A DNA stretch of 46,953 bases from Tissierellales bacterium (GCA_035301805.1 DATGTQ010000152.1:1-46953), one strand, 5' to 3'. Positions 1 to 10,414 are shown, counted from the first letter of the stretch. Program-made: numbers and translations. The notes: a model not told the origin generated them from the letters alone.

Positions 1-130
1 CAGATAATAGTTCAAAGGTGCACTTCAATTTAACAGAAACTTAGGATAACTCTCAGCTAGGTAGAAACCCCTCTCTGTAAGTATGTTAAATTTACTTTAC
101 CTTATCATAACCTTTAAATATGAAATTGAT
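1..130 (-). promoter_or_regulatory. T-box leader, 5' part only (continues past window start); specifier probably UGC (Cys)
   Basis: The minus strand reads ...cAGAGAGgggtttctacctaGCTGAGAGtt...attGAAgTGCAcctttg. It has a GA/K-turn-like AGAGAG, a GNUGNGA-like GCUGAGA, and GAA followed by a codon and a purine, laid out like the complete proS T-box at 4362-4607. UGC (plus 20-22) is followed by A. The alternative register is GUG (21-23). gltX followed by a Cys T-box (cysE/cysS) is known B. subtilis synteny. The T-box/antiterminator part lies outside the window. Confidence 0.5.
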
Positions 131-138
131 TACTTAAC

Positions 139-167
139 ATTGTACATTAACTTTACATATATTTCAA
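139..167 (-). promoter_or_regulatory. sigma-A-type promoter driving the downstream T-box leader
   Basis: Minus strand: TTGAAA (167..162), 17 nt spacer, TACAAT (144..139). It lies directly after the gltX stop. Confidence 0.45.
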
Positions 168-170
168 GAA

Positions 171-1655
171 CTACTTTAGATAATTTTCCTTTATATAATC
201 TATGCGCTTTAATATATTTTGTTTACCTAAAACATATATTATATTAACCATTTCTGGCCCATGTACAGCTCCAGTCAATGCAACTCTTGTTGGCATAAAT
301 AAATTTTTACCTTTTATTCCAGTTTGCTTTTGAATTTTTTTCATAATACCCTTAGCAAAATCTTCATCTATTTCTTCCACTTCACTTACCGCTTCTTCAA
401 AAGCATTTAATAGTTCGGGCACTTGTTCTCCTTCAATAACTTCTAACGCTTTATCATCTTCTATAACTACTTTATCATTAAAGAAAAAATCTACTTTATC
501 CACAATATCTTTTGTTGTAGATAGGTTTTCTTGAACAGTAGTTACCATAGTCTTCAACCATTCATATCTATTTTTTACATCTTCATCAGTAATATAACCT
601 GCTTCTTTTAAATAAGGAATACAAAGGTCTGTAATTTCATCTGCAGTTTTACCTCTAATATAATGTTCATTTACCCAATTTAATTTTTCTTTATCAAATA
701 TCCCACCAGTTTTAGCTACTCGTTCAAAGGAAAATTGTTCTATTAATTCATCCATATAAAGTATTTCTTCATTACTCTTAGGACTCCAACCTACTAATGC
801 CAAATAATTTACTATAGCCTCTGGTAGATACCCTTCTTTTATAAATCCATCTACCGAAACATCTCCATGCCGTTTACTTAATTTTTTCTTGTCTTTATTT
901 AAAACAGTAGGTAGATGAACATATTCCGGTTTTTCCCATCCAAAAGCTTCATATAACAGTATATGTTTTGGGGTAGAAGCTAGCCATTCTTCACCACGAA
1001 CTATATGAGTTATCTTCATTAAATGGTCGTCTACTACTACGGCCATATGATAAGTAGGAAAACCATCTGATTTTAAAAGAACTTGGTCATCTATATCGTC
1101 AGTATTTATAGTAATATCTCCCCTAACATGGTCATGGAACTTCACATCTGTATTATGAGGTAATTTTAATCTTACTACATATTCTTCTCCGTTAGCGATT
1201 CTCTCTTTGGCTTCTTCAATAGAAATATTTCTACAAAAACCATCATATTTAGGAATTAAACCTTCAATCTTTTGTTCTTCTCTTACTTTGTCAAGTCTTT
1301 CCTTTGAACAAAAACAATAATAAGCATGACCTTTTTCTATTAATTCATCTATATATTTTCTATAGATATCTAATCTTTCTGATTGAATATATGGTCCATA
1401 ATCTCCTTTTTGTATTATTTCCCCATTCTTCAAAAATACGCCTTCATCATGGCTTATTCCAGCCCATTCTAAAGACTGGATTAAGTTTTCAATAGCACCT
1501 TCTACAAATCTACTTCTATCTGTATCTTCTATCCTTAAAATAAATTTTCCATTATTATGTTTTGCAAATAAATAATTATAAAGAGCCGTCCTAATGGAAC
1601 CTATGTGTATATATCCAGTAGGACTAGGAGCAAATCTTAATCTTACTTCTCCCAT
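171..1655 (-). CDS. gltX: glutamyl-tRNA synthetase
   Basis: 494-aa ORF. N-terminus is [27 protein letters not shown] (HIGH-type motif), followed by [11 protein letters not shown], a KLSKR (KMSKS-type) motif and a class I GluRS-length C-terminal anticodon domain. Confidence 0.96.
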   Translation of the reverse strand: MGEVRLRFAPSPTGYIHIGSIRTALYNYLFAKHNNGKFILRIEDTDRSRFVEGAIENLIQSLEWAGISHDEGVFLKNGEIIQKGDYGPYIQSERLDIYRKYIDELIEKGHAYYCFCSKERLDKVREEQKIEGLIPKYDGFCRNISIEEAKERIANGEEYVVRLKLPHNTDVKFHDHVRGDITINTDDIDDQVLLKSDGFPTYHMAVVVDDHLMKITHIVRGEEWLASTPKHILLYEAFGWEKPEYVHLPTVLNKDKKKLSKRHGDVSVDGFIKEGYLPEAIVNYLALVGWSPKSNEEILYMDELIEQFSFERVAKTGGIFDKEKLNWVNEHYIRGKTADEITDLCIPYLKEAGYITDEDVKNRYEWLKTMVTTVQENLSTTKDIVDKVDFFFNDKVVIEDDKALEVIEGEQVPELLNAFEEAVSEVEEIDEDFAKGIMKKIQKQTGIKGKNLFMPTRVALTGAVHGPEMVNIIYVLGKQNILKRIDYIKENYLK

Positions 1656-1698
1656 TGCTACTACACCTCCTAAATAAAATACCTATATACTATTATGA

Positions 1699-2559
1699 TT
1701 AATCAAATAATCCTTTAAAAAAATCTGCTATGGCATCAAATATTTTACTTATAAATGATTTCGCTTCTTCACTCTGTCCAATAATATTATCTAACTTTCC
1801 AGAAATGTCCTTTAATTGGGTTTTTATATCATCTAAATTTAAATCTAATTCAGAAATATGCTTCATTAATGATAATATTTCTTCTATTTGCTTGTCAGTT
1901 AGCTTAATACCAGATTCTTGGGCCATATCTTCTATTGTTTCCCTAATTCCTTTTTCATCTTTAATATTATTAGCAACTACATAAGCCTTTACATTGTTAA
2001 TAAGTTCTGTAGCATTTTCATTACCAATTTCATCACCTAGCATGGCAGTTTTAGCAATTTCTTCACTAGCTACTTCCTTTTCTTCTTCTGTTACTACTTC
2101 TCCAGTTATACCCTCAAAGGCCTTTATTATACCTGTTAATGCTGCAGTTCCAGAAACATTTATAGGACTTGTAACTTTTACATTTGCATCTTTAACACCA
2201 GCTGTTATAAGTGCATTTCTGTACATATCTTCTGTAACCCAAGAAATATTATTAGTTTGTACTGTAATTCCTTGGCCTTCATCGAGTTTTTCCACATAGG
2301 CGCAAGATAAAGCTTTAGTACCTAATAAGCTTTCATCTATATGTTTTCCAAGATATTCTCTTTCTTCTTGATTAGTAACTTCTACTATCCTAGTATTTTC
2401 ATCTACACCAAAGTGATTAAGCACTTCTTGTCTTTGAGCTTGCGTTAAATTTTTTCCAATACTTACTACAACTTCATTTGTTATACTATCAGCAAACACT
2501 ATAACAGAAGAAAGCAATAGAACTACAATCAATAGACTAGATGTTATTCGCCTCAACAT
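1699..2559 (-). CDS. secreted DUF1002 (YpuA-like) protein
   Basis: Signal peptide MLRRITSSLLIVVLLLSSVIVFA. The stretch VVSIGKNLTQAQRQEVLNHFGV...NQEEREYLGKHI...NISWVTEDMYRNALITAGVKDANVKVTSPINVSGTAALTGIIKAFE closely parallels B. subtilis YpuA/DUF1002. Confidence 0.75.
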   Translation of the reverse strand: MLRRITSSLLIVVLLLSSVIVFADSITNEVVVSIGKNLTQAQRQEVLNHFGVDENTRIVEVTNQEEREYLGKHIDESLLGTKALSCAYVEKLDEGQGITVQTNNISWVTEDMYRNALITAGVKDANVKVTSPINVSGTAALTGIIKAFEGITGEVVTEEEKEVASEEIAKTAMLGDEIGNENATELINNVKAYVVANNIKDEKGIRETIEDMAQESGIKLTDKQIEEILSLMKHISELDLNLDDIKTQLKDISGKLDNIIGQSEEAKSFISKIFDAIADFFKGLFD

Positions 2560-2612
2560 TAATATCCCTCCTTAACTCATAAAATATTAACCTTCTAAAA
2601 TAGAATACCTTA

Positions 2613-4328
2613 TTATCTTATATTTTTCAATTCTTTTAGAACTCTATCCTTAATTTCCTTTACTTCAATATCCATATTTTCTCCTTCTTTCCTTAAGGAG
2701 TACTCCACTACATTTTCCTTTGCCTTTTTACCAACAGTAACTCTTATAGGTATTCCTATTAAATCTCTATCATTAAACTTAACTCCTGCCCTTTCATTTC
2801 TATCATCTAAAAGAACTTCTACCCCTAAATCTTCAAGTTCCTTATATATTTCTTCTCCTAATTTCTTTTGCTCTTCATTTTTTACATTAATAATAGTTAC
2901 AATTACATGGTATGGTGCAACTATCAATGGCCATATTATACCATATTTATCATGGTTTTGTTCAACTATTGCAGACATGGCTCTAGAAACCCCTATACCA
3001 TAAGAGCCCATATAAAAATGCTTATCTTTTCCATTTTCATCTAGATAAGTAGCTCCTATACCTTCACTATATTTTTTCCCAAGTTGAAATATATTTCCCA
3101 CTTCAATACCTCTATCTAAAGAAAGAACTTCCCCACATTTAGGGCATAAATCACCTTTTTGTATATCTATTAAATCTTCTACTACTTCCCCGATAAAATC
3201 CCTATTATAATTTACATTTTTAATATGATAGTCTGTTTCATTTCCGCCTACGACAAAGTTTTTCATTTTTGTTACCCTAGAATCTACTAAAAGTTTTACA
3301 TCTTCTTTTAAATCCACAGGTCCAGTAAATCCTGATTTAGCTCTTGTTATTCTTTCTATAGTTTCATCATCTGCTATTACTAGTTCATGTTCTGCAACCC
3401 CTAAATGATTACACAATTTAGTTTCATTTAATTCCCTATCTCCTGGTATTAAAGCAATAATAGGCTCATCCTGAACTTTGTAAACTACAGCCTTTGCAAG
3501 TTTATACTCCTCGACATCCATAAATCTAGCCAAATCTTCTATAGTTTTAATATTTGGAGTGTGTACTTTTTCTTTTTCTAATTCATCTTCTCCATCTATC
3601 TTTTGCCTATATACTACTTTCACCTTTTCATCTGTAGCAGCATAATCACAAGAATCACAATAGGCAACTAAGCTTTCCCCTACTTCTGACATGGTCATGA
3701 ATTCATGGGATTCATTTCCTCCCATTGTACCTGAATCACCTTCTACCACTTTGTATTTAAGATTTAGTCTATCAAATACTTTTTCATAGGCTTCCCACAT
3801 ATTTTCATAGGAAACTTTCATATTTTCTTCATCAGTATCGAAACTATAAGCATCTTTCATAATAAATTCTCTACTTCTAATTAACCCAAACCTAGGCCTT
3901 TTTTCATCCCTATACTTAGTTTGAATTTGATATAAATTTAAAGGCAATTGTTTATATGATCTTATTTCGTCTTTTATAAGGTTTGTAAAATACTCTTCAT
4001 GAGTTGGCCCTAAACAAAATTCTCTTTCATGTCTATCTTTTAACTTAAACATTTCTGGCCCAAAATCATCCCATCTTCCACTAGCTTCCCATAATTCTTT
4101 AGGTTGAATTGCAGACATTAACATTTCTTGTGATCCTGCTTTATCCATTTCCCCTCTAACTACATCTTCTATCTTTTTTATAACACGATAACCAAGAGGT
4201 AGGTAAGAATACACTCCTGACACTAATTTTCTCATCATGCCTGACCTTAATAATAATTGATGGCTAGAAATTTCTGCTTCTGATGGTACTTCTCTTAAAG
4301 TAGGCATATATAAATTCGACATTCTCAT
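2613..4328 (-). CDS. proS: prolyl-tRNA synthetase (bacterial type with INS editing domain)
   Basis: ORF 2613..4343. The preferred start is the ATG at 4328 ([15 protein letters not shown]...) because GGAGGG lies 7 nt upstream. Class II ProS motifs are present (FRDE-like [35 protein letters not shown]) and it sits behind a Pro T-box. Confidence 0.95.
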   Translation of the reverse strand: MRMSNLYMPTLREVPSEAEISSHQLLLRSGMMRKLVSGVYSYLPLGYRVIKKIEDVVRGEMDKAGSQEMLMSAIQPKELWEASGRWDDFGPEMFKLKDRHEREFCLGPTHEEYFTNLIKDEIRSYKQLPLNLYQIQTKYRDEKRPRFGLIRSREFIMKDAYSFDTDEENMKVSYENMWEAYEKVFDRLNLKYKVVEGDSGTMGGNESHEFMTMSEVGESLVAYCDSCDYAATDEKVKVVYRQKIDGEDELEKEKVHTPNIKTIEDLARFMDVEEYKLAKAVVYKVQDEPIIALIPGDRELNETKLCNHLGVAEHELVIADDETIERITRAKSGFTGPVDLKEDVKLLVDSRVTKMKNFVVGGNETDYHIKNVNYNRDFIGEVVEDLIDIQKGDLCPKCGEVLSLDRGIEVGNIFQLGKKYSEGIGATYLDENGKDKHFYMGSYGIGVSRAMSAIVEQNHDKYGIIWPLIVAPYHVIVTIINVKNEEQKKLGEEIYKELEDLGVEVLLDDRNERAGVKFNDRDLIGIPIRVTVGKKAKENVVEYSLRKEGENMDIEVKEIKDRVLKELKNIR

Positions 4329-4361
4329 TTCTTTTCCCTCCATATTTATTAATATTTTTTA

Positions 4362-4607
4362 TAATAAAAACCTTCGCCTCATTAGAGACGAAGGTTTTTC
4401 GCGGTACCACTCTAGTAATTTGTAGAATACAAACTACAAATTCACCTTAAAATTTTTAACGGTATTACCGTTTAGAACTACTTACTTTTCATTCTAAATG
4501 CTCAGAGACGGGTTCAATATTAAGAGGGTCAGAAGTCTTCCAGCATTTTAACTTCCTCTCTAGGACCATTAATACATACTATTTCTCATCTTAGCAAATA
4601 TTTAATT
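4362..4607 (-). promoter_or_regulatory. T-box riboswitch leader of proS (Pro specifier) with intrinsic terminator
   Basis: The minus strand contains AGAGAG, GCUGGAAGA and attGAA-CCC-G (specifier at plus 4510..4512). The canonical T-box AATTACTAGAGTGGTACCGCG is at plus 4400..4420. It is followed by the terminator CCTTCGTCTC-taat-GAGGCGAAGG plus TTTTT (plus 4362..4394). Confidence 0.85.
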
Positions 4608-4613
4608 ACATAC

Positions 4614-4642
4614 ATATTACTAAAAGAACATTATATTGTCAA
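4614..4642 (-). promoter_or_regulatory. sigma-A-type promoter of the proS T-box leader
   Basis: Minus strand: TTGACA (4642..4637), 17 nt spacer, TAATAT (4619..4614). Confidence 0.55.
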
Positions 4643-4647
4643 TAAAC

Positions 4648-5820
4648 TTAATTTCTAAAAACAACTTCTTCCTTCTCAAACATTTTTACAGTAATAAACA
4701 AAAACAGAACTATATATGTTAAATTCCATAAACTAGTTGTTAAAATATGTTTATAGTTAAATACAGACACAATTACCTCTTTAATTACACCAATAGTACT
4801 CATTACTGGTATATGAAAATAATGCTCTGGTACTGATCTGCCATCAGTGAACATAGTAAAATAAGCTGGTACCATAAGAACTATAGTTAAAGGGCCTAAA
4901 TAAGTTTGTGCCTCTTTAAAGTTCCTTGCATAGAAGCTTATCGATAACTCTATACTAGCAAAAGTAAAAGCTAGCTGTAAACATACAAAAGTTATTACAA
5001 TAGCAGATTTAAAAGGTAATGCTGCCCCTTCTCCCATAAAGTCTGGACTTATTTTAGACGCTATTAGAAAGCCTATTAGAGATGCTATTGTACCTATAAC
5101 CCCTGCTACAACTACAGTAAAGTATTTACCCATAAGGATTGATGTTCTACTAGCTTTAGTAGTTAAAAGTGGCTCTAAGGTCTGCCTTTCCTTTTCCCCA
5201 GCTCCTAAATCTGTTGCCGCTGCAATTCCACCAGCTGCCGACCAAATAGTTAGCATAAAAGGTAGCATCATAGCAAACATCATAAGCCCTTCTCCACCTT
5301 CTTTAGAAACACTGGTACCTTCGATTGCTATAGGATTAAGAACCTCGGGATCGATGCCTGCTTTATCTAATCTATTTGCAACAATAACCTGTGAATAACT
5401 AGAAATAATTTCTGATATCCTTGAAAATGCTATATTAGATTTTTGACTAGTATCATCATATATTATTTCTACTTCAGGCTTTTCTCCTTTTTCTAATTTT
5501 TCATCTATTTTATCATCAACTTTTACTATAGCCTTTACATCTAGTTTATCTAAAGCCTTGTCTATATCTTCTACTTCTTTTATATTAATTTCTTCACTAT
5601 TACTAAGATATTCAGTTAAGCTATTTTCCGTTTCATATATTAATCCAATATCTACTGGTTCAGTGCTTTCTTTCATTAAATCTGAACTACCTAATCCCAT
5701 GAAAAAGGCTATTAAAGGAAATATAATAATAGGAATTATTATACTAGAAATAATGGTTTTTTTGTCTCTAAAAGTATCCATTATTTCTTTTTTAAAAACT
5801 ATCCAAGTATATCTATTCAT
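4648..5820 (-). CDS. natB: ABC-2 type exporter permease (NatB-like)
   Basis: ORF 4648..5829. The ATG at 5820 is preceded by AGGTGG and overlaps the natA stop (ATGAATAG). There is an N-terminal TM, a large extracytoplasmic loop and a C-terminal multi-TM ABC-2 domain. It is paired with a NatA-like ATPase. Confidence 0.8.
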   Translation of the reverse strand: MNRYTWIVFKKEIMDTFRDKKTIISSIIIPIIIFPLIAFFMGLGSSDLMKESTEPVDIGLIYETENSLTEYLSNSEEINIKEVEDIDKALDKLDVKAIVKVDDKIDEKLEKGEKPEVEIIYDDTSQKSNIAFSRISEIISSYSQVIVANRLDKAGIDPEVLNPIAIEGTSVSKEGGEGLMMFAMMLPFMLTIWSAAGGIAAATDLGAGEKERQTLEPLLTTKASRTSILMGKYFTVVVAGVIGTIASLIGFLIASKISPDFMGEGAALPFKSAIVITFVCLQLAFTFASIELSISFYARNFKEAQTYLGPLTIVLMVPAYFTMFTDGRSVPEHYFHIPVMSTIGVIKEVIVSVFNYKHILTTSLWNLTYIVLFLFITVKMFEKEEVVFRN

Positions 5821-6541
5821 TATTACCACCTACCAAGGACACGAATATTTCTTCTAAATTATCTTCTTCATATTTGTCTTTTAAATTTTCTAAACTCGAA
5901 ACTTCTACTAATTCACCTTTATTTATAATTCCTACTTCATCACATAATTTTTCCACTTCATTCATAGAATGACTTGAAAAAATAATCGTCTTACCTTTAG
6001 CCTTTAGTTCCTTTATAAACTGGTGTACTATCCTTACGGCTGTTACATCTAATCCCGATGTAGGTTCATCAAAAAACATTATACTTGGATTGTGAATAAT
6101 ACTCCTTGCTAAAGAAACTTTCTGTTTCATACCCTTAGAAAATTTTCCAGTCTTTTTATCCATATACTCTCCCATATCTAATGTTTTTGAAAGTAATTCT
6201 ATACCAGAGTCAATTTCTCTTTTGTCCATACCATTTAACAAACCGAAATATTCAATATTTTCTCTTGCTGTTAATCTATCATAAAGGCCAGTTTCTCCAC
6301 CGAAAAGTATTCCAATTTCTTCTCTAACCTCTGCCGAATCTTCTACTATATCATATCCATTAATTACTGCTGTACCATTAGTAGGCTTAAGCATTGTAGC
6401 TAACATCCTAAGGGTTGTAGTCTTACCAGCGCCATTTTCACCTAATAAGCCGAAAACTACTCCCTCTTCCACTTTAAAGGATATATTATTTACTGCAGTA
6501 ATCTCTTTAAATTTTTTTGTTAATTCAATTGCTTCTATCAT
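5813..6541 (-). CDS. natA: ABC transporter ATP-binding protein (NatA-like)
   Basis: Walker A GENGAGKTTTLRM, signature FSKGMKQKV and Walker B IMFFDEPTSGLD. Strong colinearity with B. subtilis NatA (LFGGETGLYDRLTARENI). Confidence 0.9.
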   Translation of the reverse strand: MIEAIELTKKFKEITAVNNISFKVEEGVVFGLLGENGAGKTTTLRMLATMLKPTNGTAVINGYDIVEDSAEVREEIGILFGGETGLYDRLTARENIEYFGLLNGMDKREIDSGIELLSKTLDMGEYMDKKTGKFSKGMKQKVSLARSIIHNPSIMFFDEPTSGLDVTAVRIVHQFIKELKAKGKTIIFSSHSMNEVEKLCDEVGIINKGELVEVSSLENLKDKYEEDNLEEIFVSLVGGNNE

Positions 6542-6679
6542 AGATTTCCCCCTTTAAAACAAAAATTTTAGTGTATTGAGTTTATGGTACACTAACATAC
6601 TATAGGTGTCAAGAGCTAATTTTACCTTTTAGACTTCTTTATTCCTTAATTATATATACTTATCCTGTTAAAATTTCTT

Positions 6680-7159
6680 TTATTCTTCAATTCTTTTCAA
6701 TAAACAAACGCTATAAGAAGATATACCCTCTTTTTTCCCTACAAAACCAAGTTCTTCTGTTGTAGTCGCTTTAACATTTATATTTTCTATAGGGGTATTT
6801 AATACCTTTCCAATGTTTTTCCTCATGTCCAATATATAAGGTGCTAATTTAGGGGATTGTGCCGCAATTACACTGTCTATATTTCCAATTTCATACCCTT
6901 TTTTCTCCATAATAATATATACTTTCTCTAATAGTACCATACTGGATATATCCTTATATTTCATATCTGTATCAGGGAAGTGTTTGCCTATATCATTTAA
7001 TGCTAATGCTCCTAAAATACTATCCATTATAGCATGTACTAAAACATCTGCATCTGAATGACCTAAAAGCCCCTTTTCATGAGGAATGTCCACTCCTCCA
7101 ATAATTAATTTTCTCCCTTCTACCATTTTATGAACATCATAGCCTATTCCTATTCTCAT
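6680..7159 (-). CDS. ispF: 2-C-methyl-D-erythritol 2,4-cyclodiphosphate synthase
   Basis: [41 protein letters not shown]...GKHFPDTD, 159 aa. Typical IspF. Confidence 0.95.
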   Translation of the reverse strand: MRIGIGYDVHKMVEGRKLIIGGVDIPHEKGLLGHSDADVLVHAIMDSILGALALNDIGKHFPDTDMKYKDISSMVLLEKVYIIMEKKGYEIGNIDSVIAAQSPKLAPYILDMRKNIGKVLNTPIENINVKATTTEELGFVGKKEGISSYSVCLLKRIEE

Positions 7160-7170
7160 TTTTATTCACC

Positions 7171-7911
7171 CTATCTAGTTTGAAAAATATATTTTCTTTG
7201 TCTAAAGAAATAATCTTTATCCTTTAAAAGAGATTCTGCCACAATTAAATCTTCAGGAGTAGTAATTTTTATATTTTCATAACTACCCATTACCATTTTT
7301 ACCTCATATCCAGCTCTTTCTACTAACATACTATCATCTGTTCCGACAAATCCGTCTTTTATTGCCTTTTCATAAGCTTCCATAATAATAGTATGCTTGA
7401 AACATTGAGGAGTTTGAGCTGCCCAAATTTTATCTCGATTTGGTGTTTTATCTACATCATTATCAGAATCTACTACTTTTATAGTATCTTTTACAGGAAC
7501 ACCTATGACACAAGCATCATATTTTAATACTCCTTTTATACCATCTACTATATTTTCATTTTTTACAAAAGGTCTCGCTCCATCATGAATTAGTACTATA
7601 TCTGCTTTTTCATCTAAAGCTAATAATCCATTATATGCTGAATCTTGCCTGGTTTTGCCACCTCTAACTACCTTAGAAACTTTATTGAAACCATATTTTT
7701 TCACTATTTCTCTTTTGCAATATTCTATTTCCTCATCCTTAGCTACAACAATAATTTCATCTACATAATTACAAGCTTCAAATTTTTCTATAGTATGAGC
7801 TAAAATAGGTTTATTATCTATTGAAATAAATTGTTTATTTATTTTACTTCCCATTCTATTACTCATTCCTGCCGCAGCTATTATTACTGAAACGAATTTT
7901 TTATCCAACAT
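7171..7911 (-). CDS. ispD: 2-C-methyl-D-erythritol 4-phosphate cytidylyltransferase
   Basis: ORF 7171..7920. The ATG at 7911 has AGAGGTG 6 nt upstream. VIIAAAGMSNRMG glycine-rich loop, VLIHDGARPF and TPQCF motifs. Confidence 0.93.
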   Translation of the reverse strand: MLDKKFVSVIIAAAGMSNRMGSKINKQFISIDNKPILAHTIEKFEACNYVDEIIVVAKDEEIEYCKREIVKKYGFNKVSKVVRGGKTRQDSAYNGLLALDEKADIVLIHDGARPFVKNENIVDGIKGVLKYDACVIGVPVKDTIKVVDSDNDVDKTPNRDKIWAAQTPQCFKHTIIMEAYEKAIKDGFVGTDDSMLVERAGYEVKMVMGSYENIKITTPEDLIVAESLLKDKDYFFRQRKYIFQTR

Positions 7912-8018
7912 TCTTTTCACCTCTTAAACATTATAGCATAACCTAATTGCAACTTGAAATAATATTATAGATTTAATCTACCCAAAAAAACAAAAAAATA
8001 TTAGGGTCATGTCCGACC

Positions 8019-9122
8019 CTAAACAGCTTTATCTACTGCAGATTTCGGTTTTGCAAATATCATTCTTCCTGCAGAGGTTTGAAGTACACTTGTAACTAGC
8101 ACCCCAATAGTATCACCTATATGTTTTTTTCCACCTTCTACAACTATCATAGTACCATCATCTAAATATGCCAAACCTTGACCTGCCTCTTTTCCATCCC
8201 TTATTACCTGAACAGTCATTTCTTCTCCAGGAATAACTACTGGCTTAACAGCATTAGCTAATTCATTTATATTTAAAACATCTATGCCTTGTACTTCCGC
8301 TACTTTATTTAAATTATAATCATTTGTTAAAACCTTACCATTCATTTTCTGAGCCAATTTTAAAAGTTTCGAATCTACTTCTTGTATATCTTCAAAATCT
8401 TTTTCATAAATAATAACTTCTACATCTAATTCCTTTTGTATCTTATTTAATATATCCAAACCTCTTCTACCTCTATTTCTTTTCAAAGAATCTGATGAAT
8501 CGGCAATGTGTTGAAGTTCTTCTAGTACAAATTGAGGTATAACTAAAGGTCCTTCAATAAATTCCGTTTTACATATATCTGCAATCCTTCCATCAATTAT
8601 TACGCTAGTATCCAAAATTTTAGGACAAAATTTACAATCTGACCTTAAAACCTCCTTAGTTGCTGTATCCCTTCTAAAAAATCCTCCAACTGTATTAGCA
8701 ATATCTTCTCCCTTTCTAGTTGGAACAGTAGCACCTAAATATCCAAGTATTAAGTATAATATAATAGATACAACAACCCCTAAATAGGGCACTTTCAAAT
8801 TATAAAATGGTTGGCTTAGTAAATAAGCAATAACTAGACCTATTATTAGTCCAATAGAACCTACTACAATATTAGATAATGGAATTTTCTGTAGTTCTAC
8901 TTCTAAAAAAGATATTGCCTTTTTGCCACCTTTTATAAACTTATGGGATAAAGAATAAAATATAATTCCAAATAAAATACTAACGCCGATACTAAACCCT
9001 ATATTTAAAATTCCTTTATTACTTAATTTTAAAAAGGGTAATGCTTTTAAACCTATGGATATTCCATAGCCAATTAAAACTCCTATAATTGTAATTACTC
9101 CTTTTGCAATTTTATCAACCAT
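8019..9122 (-). CDS. yacL: PIN/TRAM domain membrane protein (YacL family)
   Basis: ORF 8019..9209. The ATG at 9122 (MVDKIAKG) is preceded by GGAGGTG. It has four N-terminal TM helices, a PIN domain ([12 protein letters not shown]...LQHIADS) and a C-terminal TRAM-like segment. Position next to ispD is conserved. Confidence 0.85.
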   Translation of the reverse strand: MVDKIAKGVITIIGVLIGYGISIGLKALPFLKLSNKGILNIGFSIGVSILFGIIFYSLSHKFIKGGKKAISFLEVELQKIPLSNIVVGSIGLIIGLVIAYLLSQPFYNLKVPYLGVVVSIILYLILGYLGATVPTRKGEDIANTVGGFFRRDTATKEVLRSDCKFCPKILDTSVIIDGRIADICKTEFIEGPLVIPQFVLEELQHIADSSDSLKRNRGRRGLDILNKIQKELDVEVIIYEKDFEDIQEVDSKLLKLAQKMNGKVLTNDYNLNKVAEVQGIDVLNINELANAVKPVVIPGEEMTVQVIRDGKEAGQGLAYLDDGTMIVVEGGKKHIGDTIGVLVTSVLQTSAGRMIFAKPKSAVDKAV

Positions 9123-9221
9123 AAATTCACCTCCTGTATATATATTTATTACCATATAAACAATTAATATAACCACAAAAATATTTTTTAAAAAATATTT
9201 TTGTGGCATAATAATTATATA

Positions 9222-9713
9222 CTATTCAGCAACCTCAAATTTTATTGATTCATCAATAAGATTCTCCGCACTTTCTTGTTCTACATCAAGCACCAATACA
9301 ATTTCACTTACTAGCATCTGTTTTGCATTATTTAACATTTTTCTTTCCCCAGTTGATAAACCTTTTACATCATCTCTAATCATTAAATTTCTAACTACTG
9401 TTGCTATTTCATGTATATCTCCACTTTTTATTTTTTCCATATTCATTCTATAACGCCTATTCCAATTTTGAGGCATTTTACTTTGTTCTCCTCTTAAAAT
9501 ATTGAAAACTTGATTCATTTCCTCATTTGTAATGATTTCTCTAATACCTATCTCTTCAACATTGTCTACTGGCACCATAACTCTCATCTCACCTATTGGC
9601 ATCTTCATAACATAGTATTTTTTCTTATCCCCTAGAATTTCTTTTTCCTCTACCGCTATAATTACACCGGCCCCATGCATTGGATAAACAATCTTATCTC
9701 CTATATCAAACAT
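9222..9713 (-). CDS. carD: CarD/CdnL family transcriptional regulator
   Basis: ORF 9222..9722. The ATG at 9713 (MFDIGDKIVYPMHGAGVI) lies 9 nt after GGGAGG. It has an RNAP-interacting Tudor-like N-domain and a typical CarD C-domain. Confidence 0.9.
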   Translation of the reverse strand: MFDIGDKIVYPMHGAGVIIAVEEKEILGDKKKYYVMKMPIGEMRVMVPVDNVEEIGIREIITNEEMNQVFNILRGEQSKMPQNWNRRYRMNMEKIKSGDIHEIATVVRNLMIRDDVKGLSTGERKMLNNAKQMLVSEIVLVLDVEQESAENLIDESIKFEVAE

Positions 9714-9747
9714 GCTAGACAACCTCCCATAATCATACTTGTTTATA

Positions 9748-9776
9748 ATTATACATTATTTGCTTATGGTTGTCAA
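9748..9776 (-). promoter_or_regulatory. consensus sigma-A promoter of carD
   Basis: Minus strand: TTGACA (9776..9771), 17 nt spacer, TATAAT (9753..9748). A second upstream candidate is TTGACA-18-TACAAT with an extended TG. Confidence 0.7.
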
Positions 9777-9867
9777 AGAGTACATTGTATCACATTGATA
9801 TTTCCTTTGTCAAATAAAAAAAATTTCTTTTAATTTAAACTTTTTTATAAAAAATAATAAGAAAAAT

Positions 9868-9897
9868 TTGACAACAACTTGTCCTCATAAGTATAAT
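9868..9897 (+). promoter_or_regulatory. sigma-A promoter of the 138-aa MazG-like gene
   Basis: TTGACA (9868..9873), 18 nt spacer, TATAAT (9892..9897). Confidence 0.6.
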
Positions 9898-9949
9898 AAA
9901 GCTAGGGTATAAAAATACAAACAATTAAATTTGACTGGGGTGGGGATAT

Positions 9950-10366
9950 ATGGTTAAAGATGCAATAAACATAGATGAATTTAATATTTGCGATGATTTT
10001 CAAAAGAAAGTTTCAGAAGTCCTTATAAGACATAAAAGTATTTTAGATGTCATTACAAAGCTAGAAGAATATAACTCTAGAATAAATAGGGCTATAGTAA
10101 AATCTGTAACCTCATGTGGATGTCTCTCAATTTCTGCTACTAAACAAAGTTATAATAAAGAAACTTTAGAAGAGGTAAGAGATCATATGAGCGATCATTT
10201 GGAAGGCAATTTATGTGAGGTCTGCGAAGAAATGATAGAAGAAGAAATAGGCGCTTATTTATTTTATCTTGCCGCTTTATGTAATACAATAGATGTAAAT
10301 TTAACAGATGTATTGCTAAGAGAGTATAGTAATTTAAAAACTTTAGGTATATATAGTATAAAATAG
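9950..10366 (+). CDS. small Cys-rich MazG-like (all-alpha NTP-pyrophosphohydrolase-like) protein, function unknown
   Basis: RBS GGGGTGGGG lies 6 nt before the ATG. The C-terminal EEMIEEEIGAYLFYLAALCNTIDVNLTDVL resembles the MazG EExxE...helix pattern. Cys pairs are SCGC and CEVC. This is a family assignment by eye only. Confidence 0.6.
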   Translation: MVKDAINIDEFNICDDFQKKVSEVLIRHKSILDVITKLEEYNSRINRAIVKSVTSCGCLSISATKQSYNKETLEEVRDHMSDHLEGNLCEVCEEMIEEEIGAYLFYLAALCNTIDVNLTDVLLREYSNLKTLGIYSIK

Positions 10367-10396
10367 AAAAGCACATATATGTGCTTTTCTATTTTA
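10366..10396. terminator. bidirectional intrinsic terminator shared by the MazG-like gene (+) and disA (-)
   Basis: Perfect 10-bp palindrome GAAAAGCACA-tata-TGTGCTTTTC with T-runs on both strands. Confidence 0.8.
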
Positions 10397-10414
10397 TACC
10401 ACAAATTTGTCTTC

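Noticed and set aside
1304-2299. Plus-strand ORFs 1304..1495, 1730..1984 and 1994..2299. Similar antisense ORFs occur at 5558..5857, 10140..10376, 11393..11632, 13232..13615, 13917..14156, 18831..19016, 19289..19627, 23153..23374, 23783..23986, 24785..24967, 26194..26403, 27435..27635, 31669..31905, 33200..33412, 34638..34916, 35858..36264, 38500..38754, 40205..40414 and 46178..46426.
   Set aside because: All lie antisense inside well-supported genes. They have low-complexity Leu/Ile/Ser/Phe-rich translations, no RBS and no recognisable motifs. They are shadow ORFs typical of AT-rich DNA.
6568-6612. Promoter/operator upstream of natA: TTGACA at 6612..6607 on the minus strand, and inverted repeat TAGTGTA-n12-TACACTA.
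   Set aside because: The -10 candidate (TACCAT) is poor and the 7-bp inverted repeat is short. This is plausible but not strong enough to list as a feature.
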